Positions 10,051-20,715 of a stretch of 64,000 nt of DNA are shown piece by piece. The stretch comes from Candidatus Hodarchaeota archaeon (lineage in GTDB: Archaea; Asgardarchaeota; Heimdallarchaeia; Hodarchaeales; Hodarchaeaceae). Each line of letters starts with the position of its first letter. Within the stretch, counting starts at the first letter, position 1. Location: the NCBI GenBank assembly GCA_016839815.1, contig JAEOTM010000187.1, positions 1 through 64,000 of the forward strand, read 5' to 3'. The notes beneath the pieces were generated by a model. The model was not told the origin of the DNA and ran no database searches. It was given only the letters and a program-made list of their open reading frames with translations. Made by a program: the position numbers and the translations under genes.

Positions 10051-12075
10051 TTATCCTCCTACTCCTATTTGATTATTGCGAAAAAGAAAAGGAAAAATTC
10101 TCCGTTTCTTTAATTGTGAAACTATTATGGGTGCAAATATCATTAATAAGCTAATTATCAGAAAAATCACTCCAAAAATGAGTGATCGAATTTCCACACC
10201 TGCAATAGTGAACGGTGTTGACCCGAAAGCGCTTTTACTTAAGGTACTATATCCATTTACTAAATAAAATGGAACTATAAATAGTGTAAAAAATCCTGCT
10301 TTTCTTAAATCCTTTGCATCCCTTTCTAATTCCTTACGCTTAATAACAGATGTGTAAAGATAGTAGAAGCCAATGAAGAATGCTAGGAAAAGGAATAAAA
10401 CATCATATGTTAACCAGTCTAATGTAAAACCCAATGACTTAGGATTAACTGGAATAATTCTTGTGGATCTATTCGAGGGAATATTAAATAAGATCGCGAG
10501 CAGGCCAAAGATTGGAAATATTTTTAAAGAATTCTTTATCTCCATTCGCCCAAGAAGTCCAAGATAAGCAGTCATACCAAAAATGAAATATCCTACTGTT
10601 GAAGCAAAGGTCATTATTTCAAAATTTGTGTAATTTCCGATTAAATAAACGGCAAGAGTTTGACTTCCTCCATAATTAGCAACATCTAATCCATATAATT
10701 CTTGGAATACTAACCACCCATTTATTAATTCTAGAATCATTACAACCCCTAAAGGTCCTTTCAACATTGGTATCGTAATATTTTTAAATTTAGACCAACT
10801 ACCATGACCATCAATTTCAGCAGCCTCGTAAAGACTGTCTGGTATTGATTTTAAACCAGCTAATAGGATTAAAACATCAAATCCTACTCTCCGCCAAATT
10901 CCCATCATTGCTACACTCTCCATAAGGTGATCAGTTATCCAACTTATGTTTTCACCTATTGTATTTGCTGGTACCAACCCTAGAGTGATTATATTCATTA
11001 TTCCGTAGATGCCGCCAATTATTCCAGGGATGCTAAAATCTACTCCTGTTAAATCTGTAATCACAGGTAGATTAATTGTTAAGTTAAGCAATGAAGTTAA
11101 AATACCACCTTTAGCATCGAATACAACCCTTCTCCAAATAACTGAGACTACTAGGATGCTTGTAACAACAGGCATATAAAAAATCGTAGTGTATGTATTT
11201 TCTCCTTTGAGGAATTTCGAGTTTAATAATACTGCGAGTAATAAAGACGCAATTACGACGCCAGGGACAAAAATGATTACATAATAGATATTATTCTCAA
11301 GTGCATTTTGAAATTGTACAGCATTTGAAGAATGGGAAAAAAGTTCTAGAAAGTTATCAATCCCAATGAAGATAGGATCCTGATTTTGAAGTCCCCCAAA
11401 AATTGCGTGAATGGTCCATCGAAGAGGATCAGTGGCATAGTCAACAGAATGAAATGCAGGATTTTGCCCAAAAGGAAAGTTCTCTGGATAAGAGAACAGT
11501 GTGATATAGAAACCCCGAAAAATCGGGACAACATATGTAAAGATCAAGAAAACTAGTGCTGGGATAATTAGAATATATGGGAGTTTATTTTTGCGGAGTT
11601 CACCAGAAATTCTTTGTCTTAAACTCAGATCCTGGTCTTTGGACTTTGAGTTAATATATGCAACAATCCCTAGAATTCCAAAAGGAAGAGTTAAAATACC
11701 CCCAAGAAGCCAATACGAACGTCCAGGAGTATCTCCACCTTCAAGGGGTTTATCGATACTTCTAATAGCGCCATAAGTTAACATTGTTGCTCCTAGGAAA
11801 CAAAAAATTGTTAGAGTAATATGAGCAGTTTTCTCCGCCCCTACTAAGGCAATACCATTATAATACCAAAAGGCGACGTCAGGGACAACCGACACAAAGG
11901 TCGATAAAGCTAATAATTCTGACCATCCATAAAGAAGATACCCTAACGGGAAAAAATAACCTGTCACACCAAATGAACCTGCAAGAAAGATAAAAGTAAT
12001 AAGTATCATTGGTATTAAACCGTTTAGAAAGGCTAATTGTTGTGATCTTGACTTCATTTCATCCCAGAGCTGCAT
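10051..12075 (-). CDS. Carbohydrate ABC permease (MalF-type) with extra TM segments
   Basis: EAA loop LYEAAEIDGHGSWSKFKNITIPML; FYMPVVTS; additional N- and C-terminal TM helices. Confidence 0.88.
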   Translation of the reverse strand: MQLWDEMKSRSQQLAFLNGLIPMILITFIFLAGSFGVTGYFFPLGYLLYGWSELLALSTFVSVVPDVAFWYYNGIALVGAEKTAHITLTIFCFLGATMLTYGAIRSIDKPLEGGDTPGRSYWLLGGILTLPFGILGIVAYINSKSKDQDLSLRQRISGELRKNKLPYILIIPALVFLIFTYVVPIFRGFYITLFSYPENFPFGQNPAFHSVDYATDPLRWTIHAIFGGLQNQDPIFIGIDNFLELFSHSSNAVQFQNALENNIYYVIIFVPGVVIASLLLAVLLNSKFLKGENTYTTIFYMPVVTSILVVSVIWRRVVFDAKGGILTSLLNLTINLPVITDLTGVDFSIPGIIGGIYGIMNIITLGLVPANTIGENISWITDHLMESVAMMGIWRRVGFDVLILLAGLKSIPDSLYEAAEIDGHGSWSKFKNITIPMLKGPLGVVMILELINGWLVFQELYGLDVANYGGSQTLAVYLIGNYTNFEIMTFASTVGYFIFGMTAYLGLLGRMEIKNSLKIFPIFGLLAILFNIPSNRSTRIIPVNPKSLGFTLDWLTYDVLFLFLAFFIGFYYLYTSVIKRKELERDAKDLRKAGFFTLFIVPFYLVNGYSTLSKSAFGSTPFTIAGVEIRSLIFGVIFLIISLLMIFAPIIVSQLKKRRIFPFLFRNNQIGVGG

Positions 12076-12181
12076 TTAATCATCCTTCTTTAAAATATAA
12101 TAAATACTAATGGCTAGGTATTGTAGTTATAAGATTTATTGTAATACGAAATTATGAGTACTGTAAATAGATATAGATAAC

Positions 12182-12197
12182 AAAAAAAAAGAAAAAA
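12182..12197 (-). terminator. Oligo-T tract just after the solute-binding gene (possible archaeal intrinsic terminator/attenuator)
   Basis: A-rich run on + (T-rich on -) about 14 nt past the stop at 12211. Confidence 0.35.
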
Positions 12198-12210
12198 GGG
12201 GGGAGAGAAC

Positions 12211-13692
12211 TTATCTTCTCCTTCGAATGATACGAACGGAGCCTAACAGTCCTACTAACAACAGTACTGAAGCAATTGTAAATCCAGGAGCTGCGGAGGG
12301 CTCTTCAGGTAATCCAAGGACGTAAATTTGGATATGAGCTGCCATTGCATCAAGAGCTTCTTGGGCTCTTGCAGTGTACTGTGCATCAGTATAGCCTTGG
12401 TTCCAGGTAACATCATTGAGAGCTGCGAGATAACCAGGGATCATAACGTCAGAGTGGACACCCAGCCATTTAGGATGTTGTTTACCCCATGGGAAAGCGT
12501 AACTTTGTGACTCAATGTGAGTGACGAAGTTAGATCGGTTATCAAAAGCAGAGAACCATGGTTTATCTTTAAGACTTGTTCGTACGGGAATACGCCAGGC
12601 TTGGTTTAACCAATTGTCAACGGTTTTCATTTGGTGTTCGTCTTCGAGAAGTTCTTGAGCTAAAACAACTGCATCAGCTGCATGAGTTGCACTCTTTGGA
12701 ACTAATGAGATTCCACCACCAGTAATGGTAGAACGAACTCCGTCAGAGCTTTTAGGCATTGGTACAGCTTTGAAGTTTTCAAGACCTGAACTTTCGAAAA
12801 TACTTGTACCCCAGGGTCCACAAAGAACCATAGCGGCTTGACCAGTACCGAAGATTGTGTTAGCTTCACCACCACCATCAGTTTCAACTGTGGATGGGAC
12901 CCAACCTTCACCTTTCATTTTAAGATAAGCAGCGAAACCTTCAACGTTGAGGGTTCCATTAACTCCATACATACCATCATCATCCCAGGGAATAACGGTG
13001 GCTGGATCTTCACGAGAGTCAATGAAGTTATCAGTCGAACCAAACATATAGTTCATGTATGCAAGGTCTGATTGAGATTTTCCGACCATTGCGAAGGGTG
13101 TAATTCCTGCTGCATCTAAATCTTCACAGGCATCTAACCAACCTGCGAGGGTGTCAATGTCGGCTTCAGTTACACCAGCGGCTGTGAAATTGTCTGTGTT
13201 AATGTAAGGAAGAATTGATTGTCCAAAGAAGGGCAATGCGAAGACATTATCACCAGTACCATCTCCTTCATCTAAATCTAAGATGGACCACCAACCGTCT
13301 GGAATATCGTCAACCCATCCTGCACGATCATCATCCCAATCACCGATTTCATCAGCGAAGTTATGGAAAATTCCAAAACCTGCAAATTCTGTATACCAAT
13401 CTTGGGTAACTAGAAGTAAATCTGGGAAATTGTTGGCTGCAAATCGTGAGAATAGTGAAACACGATCATCTGGACCGCCACCTACAACGGTATAGGTAAA
13501 GTCATATGCGTCTTTCAGTGTGCTATTGTCAATCATGGATTTAATGATCTTCCCACGAGGATGATCAAGTCCCCAAGGAAGAACAACCTCAAACGTATCC
13601 AAATCGGCTTTAGCCGTTGTTGTTGACACGTTGAGTGATGCAAACAATAGAGCACCGAGTGTTAATACGAAAACTAATTTTGCTTTCTTCAT
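12211..13692 (-). CDS. Sugar ABC transporter substrate-binding protein with a C-terminal PGF/CTERM-type membrane anchor
   Basis: N-terminal signal peptide; ALPFFGQS, AAMVLCGPW, ITGGG SBP motifs; C-terminal APGF, TM helix and RRRR. Confidence 0.88.
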   Translation of the reverse strand: MKKAKLVFVLTLGALLFASLNVSTTTAKADLDTFEVVLPWGLDHPRGKIIKSMIDNSTLKDAYDFTYTVVGGGPDDRVSLFSRFAANNFPDLLLVTQDWYTEFAGFGIFHNFADEIGDWDDDRAGWVDDIPDGWWSILDLDEGDGTGDNVFALPFFGQSILPYINTDNFTAAGVTEADIDTLAGWLDACEDLDAAGITPFAMVGKSQSDLAYMNYMFGSTDNFIDSREDPATVIPWDDDGMYGVNGTLNVEGFAAYLKMKGEGWVPSTVETDGGGEANTIFGTGQAAMVLCGPWGTSIFESSGLENFKAVPMPKSSDGVRSTITGGGISLVPKSATHAADAVVLAQELLEDEHQMKTVDNWLNQAWRIPVRTSLKDKPWFSAFDNRSNFVTHIESQSYAFPWGKQHPKWLGVHSDVMIPGYLAALNDVTWNQGYTDAQYTARAQEALDAMAAHIQIYVLGLPEEPSAAPGFTIASVLLLVGLLGSVRIIRRRR

Positions 13693-13734
13693 GTTACTAA
13701 TTCACCTAAATAGGTTTATTTTTTCATGCTCCAG

Positions 13735-13773
13735 AAGGTCCTAAATAAAGGCCACAAGGGTCTAAATAAAGGC
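13735..13773. repeat. Direct repeat CTAAATAAAGGC x2 (21-bp period) upstream of the sugar ABC operon
   Basis: Exact 12-mers at 13741-13752 and 13762-13773, preceded by AAGGTC and AAGGGT respectively. Confidence 0.6.
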
Positions 13774-14181
13774 TTAAGGAGGAGCTTCGGACTGTTTTCA
13801 AATTTAAATAATTTTTCCCACATGTATCGCAGATATGGGTGAATAAAAATCAATTTTCTTAAGTTTAGTTTCCTTGTAGTCACATTCCAGCATTTTCTAT
13901 ATAGATTTCATCAGAGGCTGGCTTTCTAGGTTTAATTGAGAAACTATACTATAGTGAGGGACTTTCTATACAATAGCTTTCTCTAAGCTTAGATGCTTAT
14001 TACCTGAAGTAGTAGATTTTTTTGAGATATGTTGTATACACATTGGAGGTAATATTGAGTAGATTGAGAGTAATATCCTCTTACTAGATGATTTTGTGAG
14101 AGAAAAAAGAGTAAAAAGGAAAATACATTTATCTCAAATTACATAATAAACCACTTTTATCAATTTCTTGTGTTGATACAT

Positions 14182-15537
14182 ATGAAAATCGCAATGGTTC
14201 ATTTTAGGGTTGGAGAACTTGACGGGGTTTCTCTTGAGATGGATAAATGGAGAAGAGTATTGGAGAATACGTTTAAACATGAAGTTATTTATTTAGCAGG
14301 AGCTTTAGGATCTAGTAATGGCTATTTAATTCCAGAATTTTCTCTGGATTATGGTCCAGCATTGGATATTAGAGATCGAGCATTCTCTTCTTCTCTTAAT
14401 ACAGAGGAAGAAACAGCCTTAAAAAACGATATTAGAAATCTTAGTGATTCTATTAAACCAAAAATCTTTAAATTCATTGAAGAACATAATATTCAGTGTT
14501 TCATTCCTAATAATATGTTTAGCTTACCTTTAAATATTCCTGCTTCCTTAGCACTCTTAGAAGTTCTCCAAGAAACGAACATTCCTACAATAAGCCATAA
14601 CCATGATTTTACTTGGGAGAGAACAAGCTATAAACCGAGTTGTGATTTGATTTCTGGTTATTTAGAGAGTTTTTTTCCCCCCCAATTACCCAATATTAAA
14701 CACGCAGTTATAAATTCTATAGCCCAAGGGGTTCTGAAAGATAGAAAAGACATCGACTCACTTGTTGTTCCGAATGTTTTTTATTTTCAAGAACCAGATT
14801 GGATGAAAGACGATTTTAATTCAGATATTAGGGCAAAGATCAATGTATCGGAGAAAGATATTCTCATCCTCCAAGCTACTCGTCTAGTTGACAGAAAAGG
14901 TATCGAATTAGTTATTGATCTAATTTCTAAACTGAATACTAAGGAATTTCGACGAAAACTATCAAGTAAACCTCTTTATGATGGTAGATTAGTTACCTCT
15001 GATGATAAGATCGTTTTAGTGATGCCTAACTTAATAGAAGATCTTTCGTATAAAGAGAGATTAGAAAAGAAGTGTATTTCCCTGAATGTGGAATACAGAT
15101 TTTGTAATGACTTTTTTGCCCACCAACGATCTGCTGAGGATAATAAAGAGAAAATCTATAATTTATGGGATATCTATTCCCATTCTGACATTGTTTCGTA
15201 TCCAAGTTTGGTGGAAGGCTGGGGAAACCAATTCCTTGAAGCGGTAAAGGCAAAACTACCAATTATCTTGTATGAATATGATGTCTACAAGAAGGATATT
15301 GGTCCGTTGGGATTCACGACAATATCACTAGGATCTGAAATTCAATCAAGGGATGAGGTGGGATTGGTAACGGTAACTGATGAACGAATAGAGCAAGCTG
15401 CCATCGAAACGATCCAAATCTTGCAAGAGAAATCGCTTAGAGAGAAAGTTGTCTCAAAAAATTTTGAAATTGGATTAAAAGAGCTTTCTATCAGAGCTTT
15501 ATCGCGATATATTAAGAAATTACTGACTTCTATCTAA
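14182..15537 (+). CDS. GT4 glycosyltransferase, mannosylglucosylglycerate synthase (MggS)-like
   Basis: N-terminus MKIAMVHFRVGELDGVSLEMDKW resembles Thermotogales MggS (recalled); HNHDFTWER, YPSLVEGWGNQFLEA. ATG at 14182 preferred over GTG at 14170. Confidence 0.75.
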   Translation: MKIAMVHFRVGELDGVSLEMDKWRRVLENTFKHEVIYLAGALGSSNGYLIPEFSLDYGPALDIRDRAFSSSLNTEEETALKNDIRNLSDSIKPKIFKFIEEHNIQCFIPNNMFSLPLNIPASLALLEVLQETNIPTISHNHDFTWERTSYKPSCDLISGYLESFFPPQLPNIKHAVINSIAQGVLKDRKDIDSLVVPNVFYFQEPDWMKDDFNSDIRAKINVSEKDILILQATRLVDRKGIELVIDLISKLNTKEFRRKLSSKPLYDGRLVTSDDKIVLVMPNLIEDLSYKERLEKKCISLNVEYRFCNDFFAHQRSAEDNKEKIYNLWDIYSHSDIVSYPSLVEGWGNQFLEAVKAKLPIILYEYDVYKKDIGPLGFTTISLGSEIQSRDEVGLVTVTDERIEQAAIETIQILQEKSLREKVVSKNFEIGLKELSIRALSRYIKKLLTSI

Positions 15538-16667
15538 CCCTGTCCAGTATCTGTCAAGAATGACCTGAAAAATTCTTCAAACTTATACATTTGAGATTTT
15601 CGATTGTGAAACTCACCAACGATTTGTCTCCCTTTCACTCCCATTCTGGTTCGAGTGCCTGGATTTGAGGCTAAATACAATATGGCACTTACCAGTGAAT
15701 CCACATTTTTTGGACTAACTAAGAGCCCTGTAGTTCCATCTTCCACCACTTCTGACACACCTCCGATATCTGAGGCAATAACAGGAATTCCCGTTGAAAA
15801 AGCTTCTAGTAGAACATTAGGTAACCCCTCTTTCGACGTACTTGGTAATGCAATAATATCACAGACTAAGAACAGATTCTTAGTATCACGGGTAAATGGA
15901 ATGAAGGTAACATTGGATTGAAGTTTTAATTTCTTCACTATGTCCTTTAACTGCGCATCATCTGGTCCATCACCAACAATTAATACATGAATATTTGGCA
16001 AATCAGTATTTTTAACCTGGTTAATGGCTTTTAATAAAAATTTTTGTCCTTTTCTAGATTCCAATGAGCCGATACAGCCAATAATTGGACTAGAATCTAA
16101 TAAATGTAAATTCAATTGTGAAGGCTTAGAGTCATTCTGTTTAAAGTAATCTAGATCTATTCCTTGATAAATCTGAATAATTCTGTTTTCTGGAATATTA
16201 TATTTTAACTGTAAGTATTGATGTGTTGTTTTTGTTATTGCAATGACCATAGAGGACGCTAGCTGTTCTGGAATGTAAAATTGACGTTCATAGCTAGGCA
16301 CAATCGTGCCTGTTTTCGTAACTAACTTCACAGGAAGATTCAGATCTTTAATACATCTAGCAGCAAATGTGGAACAGTGAAAGTTGTTGCGTGGAGGATG
16401 AACTGTGCATAGGGCAATATCTGAGTTTGCTAAGGTTTTTCCCCAGATCTCAATGTCCTTTTGTGATTGAGTTGTAATTCCTAAATAGTCATATGTCGTC
16501 AAGTTAATTGAATCAGTTAATTTCTGGCATTCCTCGGTTATCCAACCGTTTTTTGGGGAAATGACGCTGACTTCCCAGCCCTGTTGAAGAAAAAAGTTGA
16601 TTGCATCCATAACCCACATTTGTGTTCCTCCATAAAGTTTTGTGTCTTCTATGAACGCAATATGCAT
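15534..16667 (-). CDS. GT4 (GT-B) glycosyltransferase
   Basis: YGGTQ, RKGQ, EGLPNVLLEA, ASDIGGVSEVV. Confidence 0.9.
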   Translation of the reverse strand: MHIAFIEDTKLYGGTQMWVMDAINFFLQQGWEVSVISPKNGWITEECQKLTDSINLTTYDYLGITTQSQKDIEIWGKTLANSDIALCTVHPPRNNFHCSTFAARCIKDLNLPVKLVTKTGTIVPSYERQFYIPEQLASSMVIAITKTTHQYLQLKYNIPENRIIQIYQGIDLDYFKQNDSKPSQLNLHLLDSSPIIGCIGSLESRKGQKFLLKAINQVKNTDLPNIHVLIVGDGPDDAQLKDIVKKLKLQSNVTFIPFTRDTKNLFLVCDIIALPSTSKEGLPNVLLEAFSTGIPVIASDIGGVSEVVEDGTTGLLVSPKNVDSLVSAILYLASNPGTRTRMGVKGRQIVGEFHNRKSQMYKFEEFFRSFLTDTGQG

Positions 16668-16784
16668 AAGAAGAAAGAATTTCTAAAGCTCTTTTTTAAT
16701 TATAGTTTGTCTATGAGCGGTTCTTCTCCACAAGGAGTTTGCATAGTTCTAGATTTAAAATACATTTAGAGGACGTACGTAATT

Positions 16785-18656
16785 TTGGTGTTCTTTTCTG
16801 AAGAAGTAAAAGTCAGGCTTTTCAAAAAATTAGATATCCTATATGGAGATCAAGCAACCACTTTATTAAACAATATTGAAGATCTTTTCGAAGAGTTTAC
16901 AGACGTAAATGCTATTCAACGCGTGAATGGGTTTAATAGCCCTGCTACAAAAGAAAAATTTACTCGACGAGACATAATTCTGAATACGTACGCTGATTCT
17001 ATTCAGGATCCTTCTTTTACACCCCTAGATTGTTTAAAAACGTTTTCTAAAAAATATTTGCAACCTATTATAGGTGGCTGTCATATTTTGCCCTTTTATG
17101 AGTGGGATACTGACAGAGGATTTTCTGTCTTGAACTATTACACTGTTGATTCGAGAAATGGTACATGGGAACAGTTTAGTGACCTAAAAAATGTTTTTGA
17201 CGTTCTAATGGTTGATTGTGTCCTAAACCATGCCTCAATAAATAATCCCATAATTCAAGGAGCATTAATAGGAACAGAGGAGTTTCAAGATTTTGCTTTG
17301 ATTTTTGATGAAAAATCCAGACCTAGTGAAGAGGAACAACTCAAAATTACACGCGCAAGGCCCTATCCTGTTTTAACTCAATTTTTTGTAGTAAACGATG
17401 GTAAAAAGCTATATGCAACTTTTGATAAACCTCTTACTAATGAGATAGTAAAGACAGGGTGGGTTTGGACAACTTTTAGTCGTCCTGAAAATCCAGATGG
17501 ATCAGTTGGTACAAGACAGGTCGATTTAAATTTTCAAAATCCCAAGGTCTTATTTGAGATAATTAAACTCATCATATTCTATATCTCCAAAGGTGCGACT
17601 TGGATACGACTTGATGCTATTGGATATTTATGGAAGAAACTAGGTACAAACTGCTTACATTTGCCCGAAACCCATCTTGTTATTGAAGTCCTTATAGAAA
17701 TTTTCAATTTATTAGACCCAATCAAACCAGTTCTAATTAGTGAAGTGAATGAACCACAAGATCGTGCTCTTCAATATCTTGGGACTGAAGACGTCCCTAA
17801 ATCTGATCTGATATATTTATTCACACATTTTCCCCTTGCAGTGCACGCTGTGCTTACAGGTTCTGCAAAGTTTTACAATGAGTGGCTCCCTTCGTTGAAA
17901 GAGGCTAAAGGAAGACTTTTTGTTAGTGTACTGGGAACACATGACGGGATGGGCATGAAGCCCATCGGAGAATGGCTACCTGAGCCAGAAAAACACAAAT
18001 TACAAACGATATTGTTAGAAAAACATGGAGCTCTAGCAAATTATGCAAAATTGGCCGGAGGGGACGAAATTGTTTATGAACTCTGCTTGACTCCTTGGAA
18101 CTTTATTAATCCAGAGAATTCTTCAGAGGAATTTGAAGTACAACTTAGACGCTATTTAGTAGTATTTACCCTCGGACTGATGATCAAAGGTGTTCCTTCA
18201 ATCTATATCAACGGATTACTTGGGATAACTAATAATAAGAATCCTTTGGACGAGAATCGTACCATTAATCGTCAAATTCTCAATCTTAAAGACCTTGATT
18301 CTAGCCTTAAAGACAAGCGTTCTCATATGTTCAATGTAATGGATGAAATATTGAAATTAATATCAATCCGGAAGAATGAATCTGCATTTGATGTAAATGG
18401 TCCATATGAGGTCATACCCGTTAATGATAGTATTGTATCTGTAGTATTATTTTCTTCCTCTGCAAGGTCTAAACTAATCGCACTTGTCAATGTTTCAGAA
18501 ACTAATCACAATATTGGCATTGATCATTCTCAATTCAAATTCAAAGCAGATTTTTTGACCGATTTAGTATCCAGAAAGACTTACGCGATTCCTCCGAAGG
18601 AAGATTTGCTTGAAATTACCCTTTCAGCATACCAAGTATGCTGGCTTAGGGAATAG
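16785..18656 (+). CDS. GH13_18 sucrose / glucosylglycerate phosphorylase-like
   Basis: HILPFY..DRGFSV, VLNHAS, WTTFS, QVDLN, RLDAIGYLWK (nucleophile), ISEVN (acid/base), THDG. Confidence 0.85.
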   Translation: MVFFSEEVKVRLFKKLDILYGDQATTLLNNIEDLFEEFTDVNAIQRVNGFNSPATKEKFTRRDIILNTYADSIQDPSFTPLDCLKTFSKKYLQPIIGGCHILPFYEWDTDRGFSVLNYYTVDSRNGTWEQFSDLKNVFDVLMVDCVLNHASINNPIIQGALIGTEEFQDFALIFDEKSRPSEEEQLKITRARPYPVLTQFFVVNDGKKLYATFDKPLTNEIVKTGWVWTTFSRPENPDGSVGTRQVDLNFQNPKVLFEIIKLIIFYISKGATWIRLDAIGYLWKKLGTNCLHLPETHLVIEVLIEIFNLLDPIKPVLISEVNEPQDRALQYLGTEDVPKSDLIYLFTHFPLAVHAVLTGSAKFYNEWLPSLKEAKGRLFVSVLGTHDGMGMKPIGEWLPEPEKHKLQTILLEKHGALANYAKLAGGDEIVYELCLTPWNFINPENSSEEFEVQLRRYLVVFTLGLMIKGVPSIYINGLLGITNNKNPLDENRTINRQILNLKDLDSSLKDKRSHMFNVMDEILKLISIRKNESAFDVNGPYEVIPVNDSIVSVVLFSSSARSKLIALVNVSETNHNIGIDHSQFKFKADFLTDLVSRKTYAIPPKEDLLEITLSAYQVCWLRE

Positions 18657-18676
18657 AGATATTGGAGTATTTATAA

Positions 18677-19888
18677 GTGAAAAAACCATTAATTGCTATA
18701 CCTTCTTATTGGTCGAAAGGTCCTATGAACGAGGAGGACGTGATCTATGATCATCCCACTGATTTATTACATCCATCAGAGACTCTATCAAAGACCTTGA
18801 TGTCATTAGAGAATATTTCAGGAGAATTTGATGTAGTAATCGTAGGTTGTCCAACACGACCTTCTATTGGAGAAGAAATGGATAAGTACATAGAGGAGAT
18901 AATTTCAAGGATTGATCTCTCCTTTACTCCCAAATATTTTGGATTTAAGGAGTACAATACACTCAAAACCTTGGTTAGTCAAGAATTATCAGTAGATTTT
19001 TCAAACCTAGTATCAAACAAGGGATATGGTAATATACGGAATTTATGCTTGATTCTTCCACATTTACTTGAGTCAGACATAGTTATGCTTATTGATGATG
19101 ATGAACTAATCATTGATCCATTTTTCGTCAAGAAAGCATCTGAATATATTGGAACTCAATTTGAGGAGAAATTACTTGGTTTAATCGTTGGGTTCTATAA
19201 AAACACTGATGAATCAATCTTTTTGGATGAATCGAAAACCCCTTGGTGGAATATTGTATGGGAAAAAGAGAAGTACATGAATAAGGCATTCCAAATAATT
19301 GCAGATCAATCTAATGATCGTTTAGTTGATAGTCCTTTTGCTTTTGGTGGAAACATGGTTATTCACAGAAGTTGTTGGGAAAGCGTCCCATTTGATCCAT
19401 TTATTGCGAGGGGAGAAGATATGGACTATTTACGTAATGTCAAGTATTTTGGTTTTGAGGTGAAATTAGATAGAGATCTTTGGATAATTCACAGTCCTCC
19501 AAACGTTTCTAGACCTGAAAAACTAAAATTTCGTCAAGATATTCATAGATTTCTCTATTCTAAGTATAAATTAGAGCGCATGCAATTGGATCCCCAGACA
19601 TTCGATCCCTATCCTGGGTATTTCCTTAAACAAACGGAGGGAAAGGTAATTTTAACAGAGCTATTATTTCATATCTTCCACAATAGGAATAAATTCCTTG
19701 AAATCACGGACATAAATCAATTTATCAATGAAATCCAAAATCTAGGGTTCTACTTTAATGAAGTACAAGATGAATGTCGGAGGAATAGCGGAACCTATAT
19801 TGAATTTCAAAAACGTTGGAAGAACTTGATGATAAAGCTCTCTTTGCTTAAAATTTCCTCATCGATTGTGACTCAGTTTAAAACATGA
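18677..19888 (+). CDS. GT-A fold (GT2-like) glycosyltransferase
   Basis: GYGNIRN, LIDDDE (DXD), FGGNM, RGEDMDY. Confidence 0.75.
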   Translation: MKKPLIAIPSYWSKGPMNEEDVIYDHPTDLLHPSETLSKTLMSLENISGEFDVVIVGCPTRPSIGEEMDKYIEEIISRIDLSFTPKYFGFKEYNTLKTLVSQELSVDFSNLVSNKGYGNIRNLCLILPHLLESDIVMLIDDDELIIDPFFVKKASEYIGTQFEEKLLGLIVGFYKNTDESIFLDESKTPWWNIVWEKEKYMNKAFQIIADQSNDRLVDSPFAFGGNMVIHRSCWESVPFDPFIARGEDMDYLRNVKYFGFEVKLDRDLWIIHSPPNVSRPEKLKFRQDIHRFLYSKYKLERMQLDPQTFDPYPGYFLKQTEGKVILTELLFHIFHNRNKFLEITDINQFINEIQNLGFYFNEVQDECRRNSGTYIEFQKRWKNLMIKLSLLKISSSIVTQFKT

Positions 19889-19900
19889 AGATTCAAACTT

Positions 19901-20578
19901 TTATCCATAGATTCGGTATGAAAATTTGGTTACCCTATAAAACAAAAAAACCTGGTTGATCAGAAATAATATGAGAACTGCAATGTATAAGACGTATATC
20001 GAATCGATATTAGAAATTGTACCCTGCAATATTAGTAAAGAAACTGTTTCTAACATCCAATAACCGATAATAAAAAGACCTAGAATTAGATGAATAGTAA
20101 TTCTAGCACTAAATACGATATCATACACATTACCTGCTTTTAACTCGATTTTCCAGAACATTATTATCCAGTTCAAGACTAAAAGATAATACACAAACCA
20201 AGAAATACTTATGATGATGGAAAAAGGTACAAAAAGACTGGAATCAACGATAGTAGTTGGTGGTAGAAGTATTTCGATTATTAGGATAATTGAGATTATT
20301 AGGGTTATTTTCCACCAGTTAGAAACATCTTTTCGATTTACCTGGTCGAAATCAATAATTGGTAGATCTGTAGTCAAAATTTTGTAGATGCTGAATGAAA
20401 GACTGCTAAATCCAACGAGTAGTCCCCAATGAACAATATACTGTAAAATCGCCATTAAAGGTGGAGCTATGACTATAATTCGTAATAGGGTTAATGATAA
20501 GCGATAAAATTCTGTTAACAAAAGAATGCTAGATCCTATATAGAATAAAAACCTAGTCCAAGCAAACTGAGTGTTCAT
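19901..20578 (-). CDS. Hypothetical multi-pass membrane protein
   Basis: 225-aa ORF with about 6 hydrophobic helices. Confidence 0.6.
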   Translation of the reverse strand: MNTQFAWTRFLFYIGSSILLLTEFYRLSLTLLRIIVIAPPLMAILQYIVHWGLLVGFSSLSFSIYKILTTDLPIIDFDQVNRKDVSNWWKITLIISIILIIEILLPPTTIVDSSLFVPFSIIISISWFVYYLLVLNWIIMFWKIELKAGNVYDIVFSARITIHLILGLFIIGYWMLETVSLLILQGTISNIDSIYVLYIAVLILFLINQVFLFYRVTKFSYRIYG

Positions 20579-20715
20579 TGTATTTCATTGTATTCCTTAG
20601 CAGGATGTTATAGATCTTGTTAATACTTTCACACATAAAACCGTTTTTAAATTTAGAATCTTGTCTAAAAGAAAATTCACGCTTAGATTGTAAACGAATC
20701 GGCAAATAGCTTCGA

